Sequence record: SRR31156797_2579
Length of the DNA stretch: 44,008 bases
Reading direction: 5' to 3' (one strand)
Shown here: one piece after another, positions 28,988 to 38,901 of the stretch
Position numbering within the stretch: the first letter of the stretch is position 1
Layout: every line of letters begins with the position of its first letter
The notes under the pieces: generated by a model
The model's input: only the letters and a program-made list of their open reading frames with translations
The model's database searches: none
Told to the model about the DNA's origin: nothing
Translations under genes and position numbers: made by a program

Positions 28988-29968
28988 ATGAATAAAGATA
29001 GAATTAATGAGCTTGAAAAAACAATAAACAGCGATTATAGCAATATCGCAGGCATCATTGTACAGAAAAACAATATCAAATTATATGAAAACTACTTTAA
29101 TGGATATACCTCCCATAACGCTCTACACGTATATTCAGTGACAAAGAGCATCTTTTCCATTCTAATTGGCATCGCTATTGACAATGGATATATCAAAAGC
29201 GTAAACCAAAAAGTATTGGATTATTTCCCTGATTACATTATTCAACCCGATGAAAAGACAATACAAAAAATAACGATTAAAAATCTGCTTACTATGACGG
29301 CTCCATATAAATACAAGACAGAACCATACGAAAAGTTCTTCGCAAGTCAAAACCCAATTGAAGATGCATTAGATTTGTTAGGCGGAGATAAGCCTATCGG
29401 TGACTTCAATTACTCTGCCGTAGGAGGAACTCACATTTTGTCAGGTATACTTACAAAAGCAACTAAACAGCCAATACTTGCTTTTGCAACTAGTAATCTA
29501 TTCTCGCCTTTGGGAATTAGCGTTCCTCACAATATTGTGCTGCGAAATAAAGAAGAACATTTCACCATAATGAACAACAAAAATACCAGCGGTTGGGTTG
29601 TGGATCCTCAAGGAATTAACACCGCAAGCTGGGGGCTATTCTTTTCACCTGATGATATGACAAAAATCGGTCAATTATATCTAAATGGCGGAGTGTATAA
29701 TGACAAACATATTATATCTACTGCATGGATAAATGAAAGTACAAAAAAGCATAGTCAATGGGGTGAACTCTCCTATGGTTATCTATGGTGGATTATTGAT
29801 GAATCAAAACATATATATGCCGCTATGGGAGACGGGGGAAATATAATCTATATTAATACAAAGAACAAAATAATAGTTTCTATCGCTTCTCTCTATATGG
29901 AGAAACCAAAGGACAGAATAAGCTTTATAATGAAATATATTGAGCCGATATTCAATGATAGAAGATAA
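28988..29968 (+). CDS. Cytoplasmic serine hydrolase, beta-lactamase/CubicO family
   Basis: SVTK (SxxK), LLTM, FNYS, YGYLWW, AMGDGG; no signal peptide. Confidence 0.88.
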   Translation: MNKDRINELEKTINSDYSNIAGIIVQKNNIKLYENYFNGYTSHNALHVYSVTKSIFSILIGIAIDNGYIKSVNQKVLDYFPDYIIQPDEKTIQKITIKNLLTMTAPYKYKTEPYEKFFASQNPIEDALDLLGGDKPIGDFNYSAVGGTHILSGILTKATKQPILAFATSNLFSPLGISVPHNIVLRNKEEHFTIMNNKNTSGWVVDPQGINTASWGLFFSPDDMTKIGQLYLNGGVYNDKHIISTAWINESTKKHSQWGELSYGYLWWIIDESKHIYAAMGDGGNIIYINTKNKIIVSIASLYMEKPKDRISFIMKYIEPIFNDRR

Positions 29969-30250
29969 AGAAATTTAAATCTTCAGCAGATTTATAAGCA
30001 TTATACGAAGCAGATTAAAACATGGTTTGCTTCGTATAAACCATATTATTACCAGTAGACTATTATTGTTATATGAAGTTAACAGCTGCTGAATACTTAT
30101 TATCTTAATATACACATTTAAAAATCACTTTTTATTATCCCTGTATAATATCGGATAAAGCATACAAGATATTTATAAGATTATTAATAAAAAAATATCG
30201 CTAACCAGAAAATCCAGTTTGCGATATTATCTGCGGTGCTTTACCGCCAT

Positions 30251-30327
<77 letters not shown>

Positions 30328-30347
30328 GTGTAAATTTGGTACTACTT

Positions 30348-30376
30348 ATGATATAATATTTCTGAAATAATATCAA
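30348..30376 (-). promoter_or_regulatory. Promoter of tRNA-Arg
   Basis: TTGATA-17 bp-TATCAT about 20 bp upstream of the tRNA. Confidence 0.7.
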
Positions 30377-30409
30377 GGGTTTTGTCAGTCTGTTTTATAA
30401 GAATCAAAT

Positions 30410-30482
30410 TAAACTACTGAGTGGTTTGATTTATCAGCAATTGCATCCCTTCGGGATGCTTCGTGTTTCACGTGAAACAAAA
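30410..30482 (-). repeat. Hairpin-repeat copy fused to parS (copy 1)
   Basis: GCATCCC-TTC-GGGATGCT-T-CG-parS-AAA, near-identical to 31791-31830. Confidence 0.85.
30464..30479. promoter_or_regulatory. parS site
   Basis: Perfect TGTTTCACGTGAAACA. Confidence 0.95.
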
Positions 30483-30627
30483 TATTTCTCCTTTAGAGAG
30501 CGATTATCCCACTTAACAAGCGGCAGCCCAGTGATAGTGTGGCTTTCACTTTAATAAAAGGCATATATAAAACAGTGAAACTACTAAATATCTAACTTTG
30601 TAAACAATCAACTACGAGGTAATTATA

Positions 30628-31584
30628 ATGAAATACATGAAAATCTATATTCACTGCCAGCAGGAGTTGCTGGATACAGCTGGAGCTGTTCTGATAGCCC
30701 ACGATGTTCCCGGCTATGTTACAAACTCCCCCAGCAATCTAGAGCATCTAGATGAAAGCGAAATTCCACCATGGGATTATATTGACGATGAATTAAAGAA
30801 TGAAATAATGTCAGTCAGCAATATAGAATTCTACCTGCCTAATGATAAACAGGGCAAAGAGACTCTGAACGAAATACAAGAGCATATAAACGCATTTGAT
30901 AATGCTGATTCATTCCGTATCAGCGTAGAGAATGTAGACGACAGCACATGGAAAAATAAATGGAAAGAATACTTTAAGCCTTTGAAAGTTGGGAATGCTT
31001 TCTACATAAAACCTTCATGGGAGGAAATAGCCGAGAAACACAGCCGTCATATTATCAAAATGGATCCAGAGAACGCATTTGGTTCTGGTACACATGCTAC
31101 CACAAAGCTATGCCTGATAGAGATTGAGAAACAAAAGCCTGATAATTTAACAGTGCTTGATTTAGGATGCGGCAGCGGAATACTTGGAATAGGTGCAAAG
31201 CTGCTAGGAGCAAAGGGGGTTACATTTGTAGATATTGATAATTATGTTATTGAAACATGCAGACGAAATGCACAGAACAATAATCTTAATATGAAAGCAT
31301 TGGAATTTTACTGTGGTAATATTCTTGAAGATACTGCGCTTTGCGACAAAATCGGCTTTGATAAATACAATTTGATGACAGTTAATATTATGGCAGATAT
31401 TATTATTACTATGATTCCTATGCTAGATAAGCTTCTAAAAAAAGGCGGAGTGATTATCTTCTCTGGTATAATTACACAAAGATTAGATGATGTGCTAGAA
31501 GTATTGGAAACATATAAATATGAAATACAAAGCGTGAATACTATGGATGGGTGGTGTGCTGTGACTGCTAAGTGTAGTAAGTAA
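30628..31584 (+). CDS. prmA: Ribosomal protein L11 methyltransferase
   Basis: WKNKWKEYFKP, DPENAFGSGTHATT, VLDLGCGSGIL, SGII. Confidence 0.95.
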   Translation: MKYMKIYIHCQQELLDTAGAVLIAHDVPGYVTNSPSNLEHLDESEIPPWDYIDDELKNEIMSVSNIEFYLPNDKQGKETLNEIQEHINAFDNADSFRISVENVDDSTWKNKWKEYFKPLKVGNAFYIKPSWEEIAEKHSRHIIKMDPENAFGSGTHATTKLCLIEIEKQKPDNLTVLDLGCGSGILGIGAKLLGAKGVTFVDIDNYVIETCRRNAQNNNLNMKALEFYCGNILEDTALCDKIGFDKYNLMTVNIMADIIITMIPMLDKLLKKGGVIIFSGIITQRLDDVLEVLETYKYEIQSVNTMDGWCAVTAKCSK

Positions 31585-31726
31585 ATATATTTAAGTACAT
31601 GTACTTCTTTTCTACTGTTTTTATTTCTTCACAATAATAAAGATATACTACCACTCCCTAAGAATACATCGAAAGGTGGATACTCTGTTCCATTGTAGAG
31701 TTCTCCAATAGTTACACTATATTTAT

Positions 31727-31830
31727 TCCGCTAACAGTTCACCTTTCAGGTGAACAAACCGCTAGGCTACCGCGTGGTTTATTGGCAGTCGCATCCCTGC
31801 GGGATGCTCCGTGTTTCACGTGAAACAAAA
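31727..31830 (-). repeat. Hairpin-repeat copy fused to parS (copy 2)
   Basis: GTTCACC/GGTGAAC and GCATCCC/GGGATGC hairpins followed by parS; reverse complement aligns with 11217-11309. Confidence 0.85.
31812..31827. promoter_or_regulatory. parS site
   Basis: Perfect TGTTTCACGTGAAACA. Confidence 0.95.
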
Positions 31831-31948
31831 CAAATATATAGCTTATTATACTATTTCTTAAACGAATCTAGTTCATTAAACAAATGCATGGAGGAAAAGC
31901 CTCCATTATAATATAATAAATAATACCCCTAAGGAAAGGCAGCATTAA

Positions 31949-33241
31949 ATGAAGACAAAAACCATAGCCGCTCATACATTAGGCTGTAAAGTTAATCAAT
32001 ATGATACACAGGCAATGCTGGAGATATTTGAAACAGAAGGATATGACATAGTAGAATTCAATGACACCGCTGATGTGTATTTAATAAACACATGTACAGT
32101 TACAGCAATCGCAGATAAAAAATCACGGCAGTTCCTATCCCAAGCAAAGAAGAGAAATCCTGACGCAGTAATTATAGCTACTGGATGCTACAGTCAGAGA
32201 ATGAAAGATGAGATTCTCAAATATTGCGATATTGCAATCGGTACTGACCATCGCAATCAAATAGTGGAAATACTAAATAATTATCAAAACAATCGCAAAA
32301 AGACAGCAAATGTTTCAGATAAAAAGAAGGACTACGAACCCCTCTTTGTAACAAAGCAGCACCAGCACACACGAGCCTTTATGAAGATACAGGAGGGCTG
32401 TAACAACTACTGTGCATACTGCATTATCCCCTCAGTTCGTGGAAATATTCGCTCACGTACTCTGGAGAATATCAGAGTAGAAGCCCAGAGCCTGTATAAA
32501 AACAATGTGAAGGAAATTGTACTGACAGGCATTAATGTGTCCAGCTACGGACTGGATCAAAGCACTCGCCCTACCCTGTTTGATGTTATAAATACCATTA
32601 GCGATACTGGCATCCCCAGAATTCGTCTCGGCTCTATTGATCCGGGAACATTTATTAAAAATCCTGAAATCCTTTCCAGAACAAAAGATGTTCTCTGTCC
32701 ACAGTTTCACCTGTCTCTCCAGTCTGGTTGTGATAAGACACTAAAGGCTATGAATCGATGGTACACAACAGAAGAATACAAGCGTGAAGCAGAACTGATT
32801 ATGTTTCACGTGAAACATTCAAATATCACAACAGATATTATCGTAGGTTTTCCTGGAGAAACAGAGGAGGTTTTTGACGAAACTTATAATTTTGTTAAGG
32901 ATATTGGGTTTGGTAAAATACATGTATTCCCCTACTCCTCCCGCCCAAATACTGCGGCAGCCAAAATGAAAGATGTCGTTCCAAACCACATTAAGAAAGA
33001 CAGAGTTCAGAAGCTGATGGAATTGGGAAACAAACTAGAAAATGATTATATTAATAAATTTGTCGGACAAACTCTGGAAGTGTTATTTGAAAGAAAAATA
33101 GGAAATTATTATCACGGATTCTCAAAAGAATACGTAAATGTCAATGTACAAAGCCAAGAACCACTTGACCACCAGATACAAAAGGTTCAAATTACCCACA
33201 GCGAAAACAATCAGCTGTATGCAATAGTATGTGACCTGTAA
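31949..33241 (+). CDS. mtaB: tRNA t6A methylthiotransferase
   Basis: TLGCKVNQY, INTCTVT, KIQEGCNNYCAYC radical-SAM motif, HVFPYSSR. Confidence 0.95.
   Translation: MKTKTIAAHTLGCKVNQYDTQAMLEIFETEGYDIVEFNDTADVYLINTCTVTAIADKKSRQFLSQAKKRNPDAVIIATGCYSQRMKDEILKYCDIAIGTDHRNQIVEILNNYQNNRKKTANVSDKKKDYEPLFVTKQHQHTRAFMKIQEGCNNYCAYCIIPSVRGNIRSRTLENIRVEAQSLYKNNVKEIVLTGINVSSYGLDQSTRPTLFDVINTISDTGIPRIRLGSIDPGTFIKNPEILSRTKDVLCPQFHLSLQSGCDKTLKAMNRWYTTEEYKREAELIMFHVKHSNITTDIIVGFPGETEEVFDETYNFVKDIGFGKIHVFPYSSRPNTAAAKMKDVVPNHIKKDRVQKLMELGNKLENDYINKFVGQTLEVLFERKIGNYYHGFSKEYVNVNVQSQEPLDHQIQKVQITHSENNQLYAIVCDL
32802..32817. promoter_or_regulatory. parS site inside mtaB
   Basis: Perfect TGTTTCACGTGAAACA, read in frame as MFHVKH. 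Confidence 0.92.
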
Positions 33242-33292
33242 TATATTTTATGATATAATGCATACGGAAAAACAATTGAAAGGATCTTCAAT

Positions 33293-34297
33293 ATGAAAAT
33301 ATTAGTTACCGGCGGAGCCGGATATATTGGTTCTACTACCTGCTCCGCACTGACAGAAAACGGGCATGAAGTAGTAATACTGGACTCTCTCGTCAATGGT
33401 CGTGAAGAATTCGCCAAGAGATATCCGTTCTATCAAGGCGATATAGCAGACAAAGAACTTCTGCAGAAGATATTCAAAGATCACCCAGATATCGATGGAT
33501 GTATTCACTTTGCTGCTCTTATAGTTGTACCAGAGAGCGTAAAGGAACCATATCTATACTACAGAGAAAATGTTGGCAAGTCATTGGAACTTTTCAAAAA
33601 TCTTGATGAGCTAGGCTGTACCCGTGTAATCTTCTCCTCCTCTGCTTCAATTTATGATGTAGTTGAGGGCTTCAAGGTAGACGAGTCCTCACCAAAGAAT
33701 CCATCATCTCCATATGCAAGGACAAAGTTTATGATGGAAATGGTATTAGAGGATGTAAGTAAAGCAACAAATATCAAAGGTTTGGCACTTAGATATTTTA
33801 ATCCAATTGGCTCAGACCCTAAATTTAGAACAGGTCCATATGATCCAGCACCAACCCATGTACTTGGAATAATGGTTGATGTTGCTTTAGGTAAAAGAGA
33901 AATATTCTCAATCACAGGAGTCGACTGGCCTACACGTGACGGTTCTGGTATTCGTGATTATGTTCATGTCTGGGATTTGGCCAGAGCTCATGTACTGGCA
34001 ATGGAGAACTTTGACTCTGCCTTCCAAACTGAAGGCGGCGACTACATGGTTATCAATCTAGGTACAGGAAACGGCGTAACTGTCAAAGAATTAGTTCAGG
34101 CATTTGAGAATGTCTGGGGCAGCGAAATAAACAAAAATGAAGCTCCTCCAAGACCTGGTGATGTAGCAGGTGCATATGCTAACTGCGATAAGGCACAAAA
34201 ACTATTAGGCTGGAAAGCGGAGCTTAGCATTGAGGATGGCATGAGAGATGCTCTGAAATGGACGAACGAAGAGCGGGTAAAAATGCTGGGATACTAA
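33293..34297 (+). CDS. galE: UDP-glucose 4-epimerase
   Basis: TGGAGYIGS, HFAA...ESV, YARTK, LRYFNPIG, RDYVHV. Confidence 0.95.
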   Translation: MKILVTGGAGYIGSTTCSALTENGHEVVILDSLVNGREEFAKRYPFYQGDIADKELLQKIFKDHPDIDGCIHFAALIVVPESVKEPYLYYRENVGKSLELFKNLDELGCTRVIFSSSASIYDVVEGFKVDESSPKNPSSPYARTKFMMEMVLEDVSKATNIKGLALRYFNPIGSDPKFRTGPYDPAPTHVLGIMVDVALGKREIFSITGVDWPTRDGSGIRDYVHVWDLARAHVLAMENFDSAFQTEGGDYMVINLGTGNGVTVKELVQAFENVWGSEINKNEAPPRPGDVAGAYANCDKAQKLLGWKAELSIEDGMRDALKWTNEERVKMLGY

Positions 34298-34500
34298 TAT
34301 ATTTATTTTAAACTAGATAGCTATATTTAATCATAGAGAGGCATAAAGTCTCTCTTTTTATGAAAATATTCTGATAAATCTTTGTTAATAATACAAAAAA
34401 ACCTAAAACTTGGCCTATAAGTAAATATTTTTTCATAAATAATTGAAAGTAAATAGATACTATATTATAATGTCTATGGGAACAAAAGGTAGGTATTAAT

Positions 34501-35121
34501 ATGAAAAGACAGAATAATAAACGTGGATTTACACTAATAGAATTGATTGTTGTAATTTCAGTACTCGCTATTCTTGCAACGGTTGGGGTTTCACTCTATA
34601 CAAGAATATTGCATCGAGCAGAGAATAGCATAGCACTGGGTAACATAAACATAATCAGAAAATTTATAACTGGTACTATCATATCAGAAGAATTTACAGA
34701 AGAAGAAACTTTCACCTACATCCAAAACAAATCTACACCGGAACACTCTGTTAACTATCTATCACGTTATGTAGAGGTTAATTGGGAATATCTCGGTGAA
34801 CCGGGAGATTATGATAATGCTAACTATATTAGTATTGAGAATCCTCAGTCGGATAAAGTCGGCATAGTCAATTGGTCAAATGTTGTTAGCTTATGTAACA
34901 ATAATAGTCTGTATAGAAAACAGGCTCTGTATATCTCAGACAGCAATTATTTGTCATATACTCCAGGCTCACCAAAAACATTTGATCTGGATTATTTCAA
35001 CAGCGCATTGGTCATGTGGTATGACAAAGCAGTTGCTGACCATATATATTTCTACTACGTAAATGAAAATGGTACACAGTCAGATAATTACTATGTTCTT
35101 GATAATCCACACAATGAATAA
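34501..35121 (+). CDS. Prepilin-type N-terminal cleavage/methylation domain protein
   Basis: KRG/FTLIELIVVISVLAIL class III signal peptide. Confidence 0.88.
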   Translation: MKRQNNKRGFTLIELIVVISVLAILATVGVSLYTRILHRAENSIALGNINIIRKFITGTIISEEFTEEETFTYIQNKSTPEHSVNYLSRYVEVNWEYLGEPGDYDNANYISIENPQSDKVGIVNWSNVVSLCNNNSLYRKQALYISDSNYLSYTPGSPKTFDLDYFNSALVMWYDKAVADHIYFYYVNENGTQSDNYYVLDNPHNE

Positions 35122-35134
35122 TAAATAATGTGAT

Positions 35135-35170
35135 TAAAAACCCACAGATATTAAGTCTGTGGGTTTTTTA
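35135..35170. terminator. Intrinsic terminator (bidirectional form)
   Basis: AAAAACCCACAGA-N7-TCTGTGGGTTTTT. Confidence 0.85.
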
Positions 35171-35177
35171 CTAAAAA

Positions 35178-35193
35178 TGTTTCACGTGAAACA
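35178..35193. promoter_or_regulatory. parS site
   Basis: Perfect TGTTTCACGTGAAACA upstream of parA. Confidence 0.95.
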
Positions 35194-35437
35194 AAGACTC
35201 TCATCTTTTCTGATTGTCTTTTTTTAATTAAAATTCACCAAAATATCTTATAAATATCTAAACTTCGATTATTCTTTTGCAGTAAAACTATAGAAATCTC
35301 ATTGAGTATTAACAACTATTTATATATTTAGATATACTATTTTTTATTAATCTCTTTTATTTTACCTATTTATTTTGTATAATAGTCCTTAACGACATTG
35401 ATTAAAAATCTTATAATTGAGGGTAAAGGAGTAATAA

Positions 35438-36199
35438 ATGTCAAAAGTAATTGCGATAGTTAACCAAAAAGGAGGAGTAGGTAAAACTACTACTTCTGTA
35501 AATCTTTGTGCATGTATTGCAACACTAGGGCACAAAGTGCTTTTAATAGATATGGATCCCCAGAGCAACTCCACCAGTGGTATCGGAATAAACAAAGCAA
35601 GAATTAAAAACAGTATATATGACGTTATCATCAATGGTACACCATTAGAGAACTGTTATATGAAAACTATGCTGGACAATTTAACAATCGTTCCATCTGC
35701 AGCTGAACTATCTGGTGCTGAAGTTGAATTAGTAACAGTTATTTCACGTGAAACAAAATTAAAAGAAGCCGTTGACGAAATTCGAGATGATTTTGAATTC
35801 GTCTTTATTGACTGTCCGCCATCTCTAGGTCTATTGACAATCAATGCACTGACAGCTTCAGATAATCTGCTGGTTCCAATCCAGTGTGAATATTACGCTA
35901 TGGAAGGTCTTGCACAATTAATAAATTCTGTTCGTCTGGTACGTCAGCATTTGAATCCATCTCTAAACTTCGAGGGTGTACTGCTTACAATGTACGACAG
36001 CAGAACAAATCTGTCTGACCAGGTTATGACTGAGGTCAAAAAACACTTTAAGGAAAAAGTGTACAAGACAGTAATTCCAAGAAATGTACGGCTGTCCGAG
36101 GCTCCATCATACGGTTTACCAATCACACTATATGACCCTGCATGTACTGGAGCAAAAGCATACCACTCACTGGCTAATGAATTCTTATCACAAAACTGA
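35438..36199 (+). CDS. soj: Chromosome partitioning ATPase Soj/ParA
   Basis: [40 protein letters not shown]. Confidence 0.97.
   Translation: MSKVIAIVNQKGGVGKTTTSVNLCACIATLGHKVLLIDMDPQSNSTSGIGINKARIKNSIYDVIINGTPLENCYMKTMLDNLTIVPSAAELSGAEVELVTVISRETKLKEAVDEIRDDFEFVFIDCPPSLGLLTINALTASDNLLVPIQCEYYAMEGLAQLINSVRLVRQHLNPSLNFEGVLLTMYDSRTNLSDQVMTEVKKHFKEKVYKTVIPRNVRLSEAPSYGLPITLYDPACTGAKAYHSLANEFLSQN
35740..35755. promoter_or_regulatory. Near-consensus parS site inside parA
   Basis: TATTTCACGTGAAACA (15/16), read as ISRET. Confidence 0.75.
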
Positions 36200-36263
36200 T
36201 TTAGTGAAACCACAATATAGCTTGTGGTTTTATTACTGGTTACCAATCTAGAAAGGTAAAATT

Positions 36264-37163
36264 ATGGACAATAAATCTAGAGGCTTAGGAAAGGGTTTAG
36301 ATGCACTGTTTGAATCATCTCCGGTATTTGATACACCTATTGGTGTAAAGAATGATCAAAATAATGGAGATACTGCGACTGTTTCAATGTATCTGATTGA
36401 TCCTAACCCAAATCAGCCCAGAGCAGATTTCAATAAAGACAAATTAAGTGAATTAGCAGAATCCATCAGAGAGCACGGCATACTACAGCCAATACTGCTC
36501 AAACCTGTTGGTAAGAGATACTTACTTGTTGCAGGTGAGCGTCGATTCCGTGCTGCGAAAAAATTAGGCTTGGAAGAAATCCCAGCAATTATCAAAGAAT
36601 TAGATGACGAACAGGTTGCAGCTATAGCTCTTATAGAAAACCTTCAAAGAGATAACCTGAACCCAATCGAAGAAGCGCTTGGCATCAAGTCATTAATGGA
36701 TGAATTCGGCTGGACACAGGAAGATGTGTCTATAAAAATCGGCAAAAGCAGACCAGCCATTGCAAATACATTAAGGCTGTTAAAGCTCCCGGATTTTATT
36801 GCCAACTATGTCGCTCAAGGCAGACTCACATCTGGTCACGGCAGGTGCCTAGCCAGTATCAGTAATCCTAGTCTGCAAAGAGACCTAGCCCTTCGTGCAA
36901 TGAAAGAAGAGCTGAGTGTCCGCCAGCTGGAGCAATTGGTCAAGGAAGCAAATTCCAGAAAAGAAAAGGATGAAGAGCCTCTGGATAAACCAGAGTCAAA
37001 AGCTATTCCAGAGTTTACAGAGTTCAGAGATAAACTGCAAAAGGGTTTCGGAATGAAAGTAGACATCAAAGGAAATCTCAGCAAGGGCAAGATTACCATG
37101 TCCTATTCCAGCAGAGATGAGTTGGAGAGTCTGTACGAACTAGCAAAAAAGATAAATAAATAA
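36264..37163 (+). CDS. spo0J: Chromosome partitioning protein Spo0J/ParB
   Basis: GLGKGLDAL, QPR, AGERRFRA, IENLQRDNLNPIEEA, GKSRPAIANTLRLL. Confidence 0.97.
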   Translation: MDNKSRGLGKGLDALFESSPVFDTPIGVKNDQNNGDTATVSMYLIDPNPNQPRADFNKDKLSELAESIREHGILQPILLKPVGKRYLLVAGERRFRAAKKLGLEEIPAIIKELDDEQVAAIALIENLQRDNLNPIEEALGIKSLMDEFGWTQEDVSIKIGKSRPAIANTLRLLKLPDFIANYVAQGRLTSGHGRCLASISNPSLQRDLALRAMKEELSVRQLEQLVKEANSRKEKDEEPLDKPESKAIPEFTEFRDKLQKGFGMKVDIKGNLSKGKITMSYSSRDELESLYELAKKINK

Positions 37164-37188
37164 TATATTCTCTTAAGGAGGAGTCATA

Positions 37189-37941
37189 ATGAAAGTTAAA
37201 ATTACATCAGCTGAAATAGCTAAAATGATAGACTATGCAATACTTAAACCACAGATAACAAATGATGAACTAAAGTCCATGATGGACTTAGCAGTACACT
37301 ACGGTGCAGGAACAATCTTCGTCAGACCCAGCGATACTAAATTCGCAAAGCAATACTTATCCAGCACAAATGTGAATCTGGCATCTGTTGTTGGCTTCCC
37401 TCACGGTACAACACTAACCAGTGCAAAAGTTGCTGAGACTAAAGAAATGCTGGATATAGGATGCGACGAACTGGACATGGTGCTAAATATCGCTCAGTTA
37501 AAATCAGGCAATCATGACTATGTATATCTGGACATAAAAGCAATAAATGATTTAATCCATGAAGCTGGTAAAATCTCAAAGGTTATCTTGGAGACATGTT
37601 ACTTAACTGATGACGAGATAAAATCTGCCTGCGAAATCTGTACCCGTGCAGGTGTAGACTTTACTAAAACTTCTACTGGATTTGGTACACAGGGTGCAAC
37701 AATCCATGCGCTAAAAATAATGAGAGCAAACACACCAGATTCAATGGGAGTCAAGGCCTCAGGCGGTGTACGTACTCTGGAGCACGCACTTAGCGCAATC
37801 AGCGTAGGCGTAACACGCCTTGGTTCTTCATCCATAAAAGACATAGTGGAAAAGGCTCGTGAAATCGAAAACAGCAATCCAGATGATTTATATTACGAAA
37901 CTGATGCTGCAAATATTCACGAACTAGGTGATGGATATTAA
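37189..37941 (+). CDS. deoC: Deoxyribose-phosphate aldolase
   Basis: VVGFPHG, ELDMVLN, KVILET, KTSTGF, VKASGGVR. Confidence 0.95.
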   Translation: MKVKITSAEIAKMIDYAILKPQITNDELKSMMDLAVHYGAGTIFVRPSDTKFAKQYLSSTNVNLASVVGFPHGTTLTSAKVAETKEMLDIGCDELDMVLNIAQLKSGNHDYVYLDIKAINDLIHEAGKISKVILETCYLTDDEIKSACEICTRAGVDFTKTSTGFGTQGATIHALKIMRANTPDSMGVKASGGVRTLEHALSAISVGVTRLGSSSIKDIVEKAREIENSNPDDLYYETDAANIHELGDGY

Positions 37942-38133
37942 TACTGATATATTTAATTGAAATGTAAAAGTCGGCAATGCAAATTGTCGGCTTATTTATT
38001 TCCATTTTTACCATGTTCGATTCAAGGCTCTACCCTCTTTCACAGAATTTTTTAAAATAGCCTTTCTAATCATTACAATAACTATAATGCTATTATCCAT
38101 ATATTAATGCAAAGTTTTTATCTCTTTTATAGA

Positions 38134-38901
38134 TTATAAAGTTTTTAATGATTCCAACCTTTTTGCTCGTTCAAATGCTACATGCAAATATTCCTCTGCT
38201 GTTAAATCCTCATAATCCCAATTCATTGCCTCTATTGCAGTAGCTCCTAAATAATTAGCTTGAACAATTTTTCTCATGATTGTATACCAATCAAGTGTTC
38301 CATCAAAGGGTAATCCATGTTGTTTATGACTCCCATTATTATCATGCAAATGTATTGCCATCAATCGTGAACCGTATTCAGATAATAAATCATTTTTAGG
38401 ATAGTATCGATAGTGGTGTCCGCAGTCATAACAAAATCCCACACACTGTGAATCTACTTGCTCAAGTATATATGTTAAGTTATCTAGATTATGCAAATTC
38501 TCAAGTGCAACATTGACACCAAGCTTTTCAGCTTTTTCAGCAATTCTTTTTATTCTATTCAAGCCTATTGTATTGTACGGATAGTTATCATCAGGCAAGT
38601 GTACCACCATTGTTGGAATATTATATTCGACACAATCTACAACACATTTCAAATAGCAATCGACTAGGGATTCACCACATAGATTGTCAAGCCAGAGACT
38701 ATTTTGATTTTCTATTGGAGTATGAATGTTTTCAATAAAAAGACCTGCTTCCCGTGCAATTTTTGGTCCATTGTGATAATCGTTTCGATTAAATCCATCA
38801 CTCCACCATAATAGAACACCATCAAATCCAGCTTGCTTTATCATCTTATAACGTTCCTTTATTGGTATTTTATAGCCAAACCAATCATAAATTGTAATCA
38901 T
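38134..38901 (-). CDS. Xylose-isomerase-like TIM barrel (sugar phosphate isomerase/epimerase family)
   Basis: VALEN, CYDCGH, HLHDN, LPFDG motifs. Confidence 0.85.
   Translation of the reverse strand: MITIYDWFGYKIPIKERYKMIKQAGFDGVLLWWSDGFNRNDYHNGPKIAREAGLFIENIHTPIENQNSLWLDNLCGESLVDCYLKCVVDCVEYNIPTMVVHLPDDNYPYNTIGLNRIKRIAEKAEKLGVNVALENLHNLDNLTYILEQVDSQCVGFCYDCGHHYRYYPKNDLLSEYGSRLMAIHLHDNNGSHKQHGLPFDGTLDWYTIMRKIVQANYLGATAIEAMNWDYEDLTAEEYLHVAFERAKRLESLKTL

Noticed and set aside
28988-29968. Calling the serine hydrolase a true beta-lactamase or the BlaI target
   Set aside because: No signal peptide, no TACA-N3-TGTA operator noticed upstream, and the family is mostly esterases and amidases.
28194-30250. 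Genomic island integrated at the tRNA-Arg 3' end
   Set aside because: The genes are AT-rich and accessory-looking, but I found no integrase and no duplicated tRNA 3' end.
31600-31720. rsmE remnant between prmA and mtaB
   Set aside because: No RsmE-like peptide recognised in the frames I read; only a short unassignable minus-strand stretch.
38011-38035. tRNA T-arm-like fragment CCATGTTCGATTCAAGG as an att remnant
   Set aside because: The stem has a mismatch, there is no acceptor arm or CCA, and it does not match the tRNA in this window.
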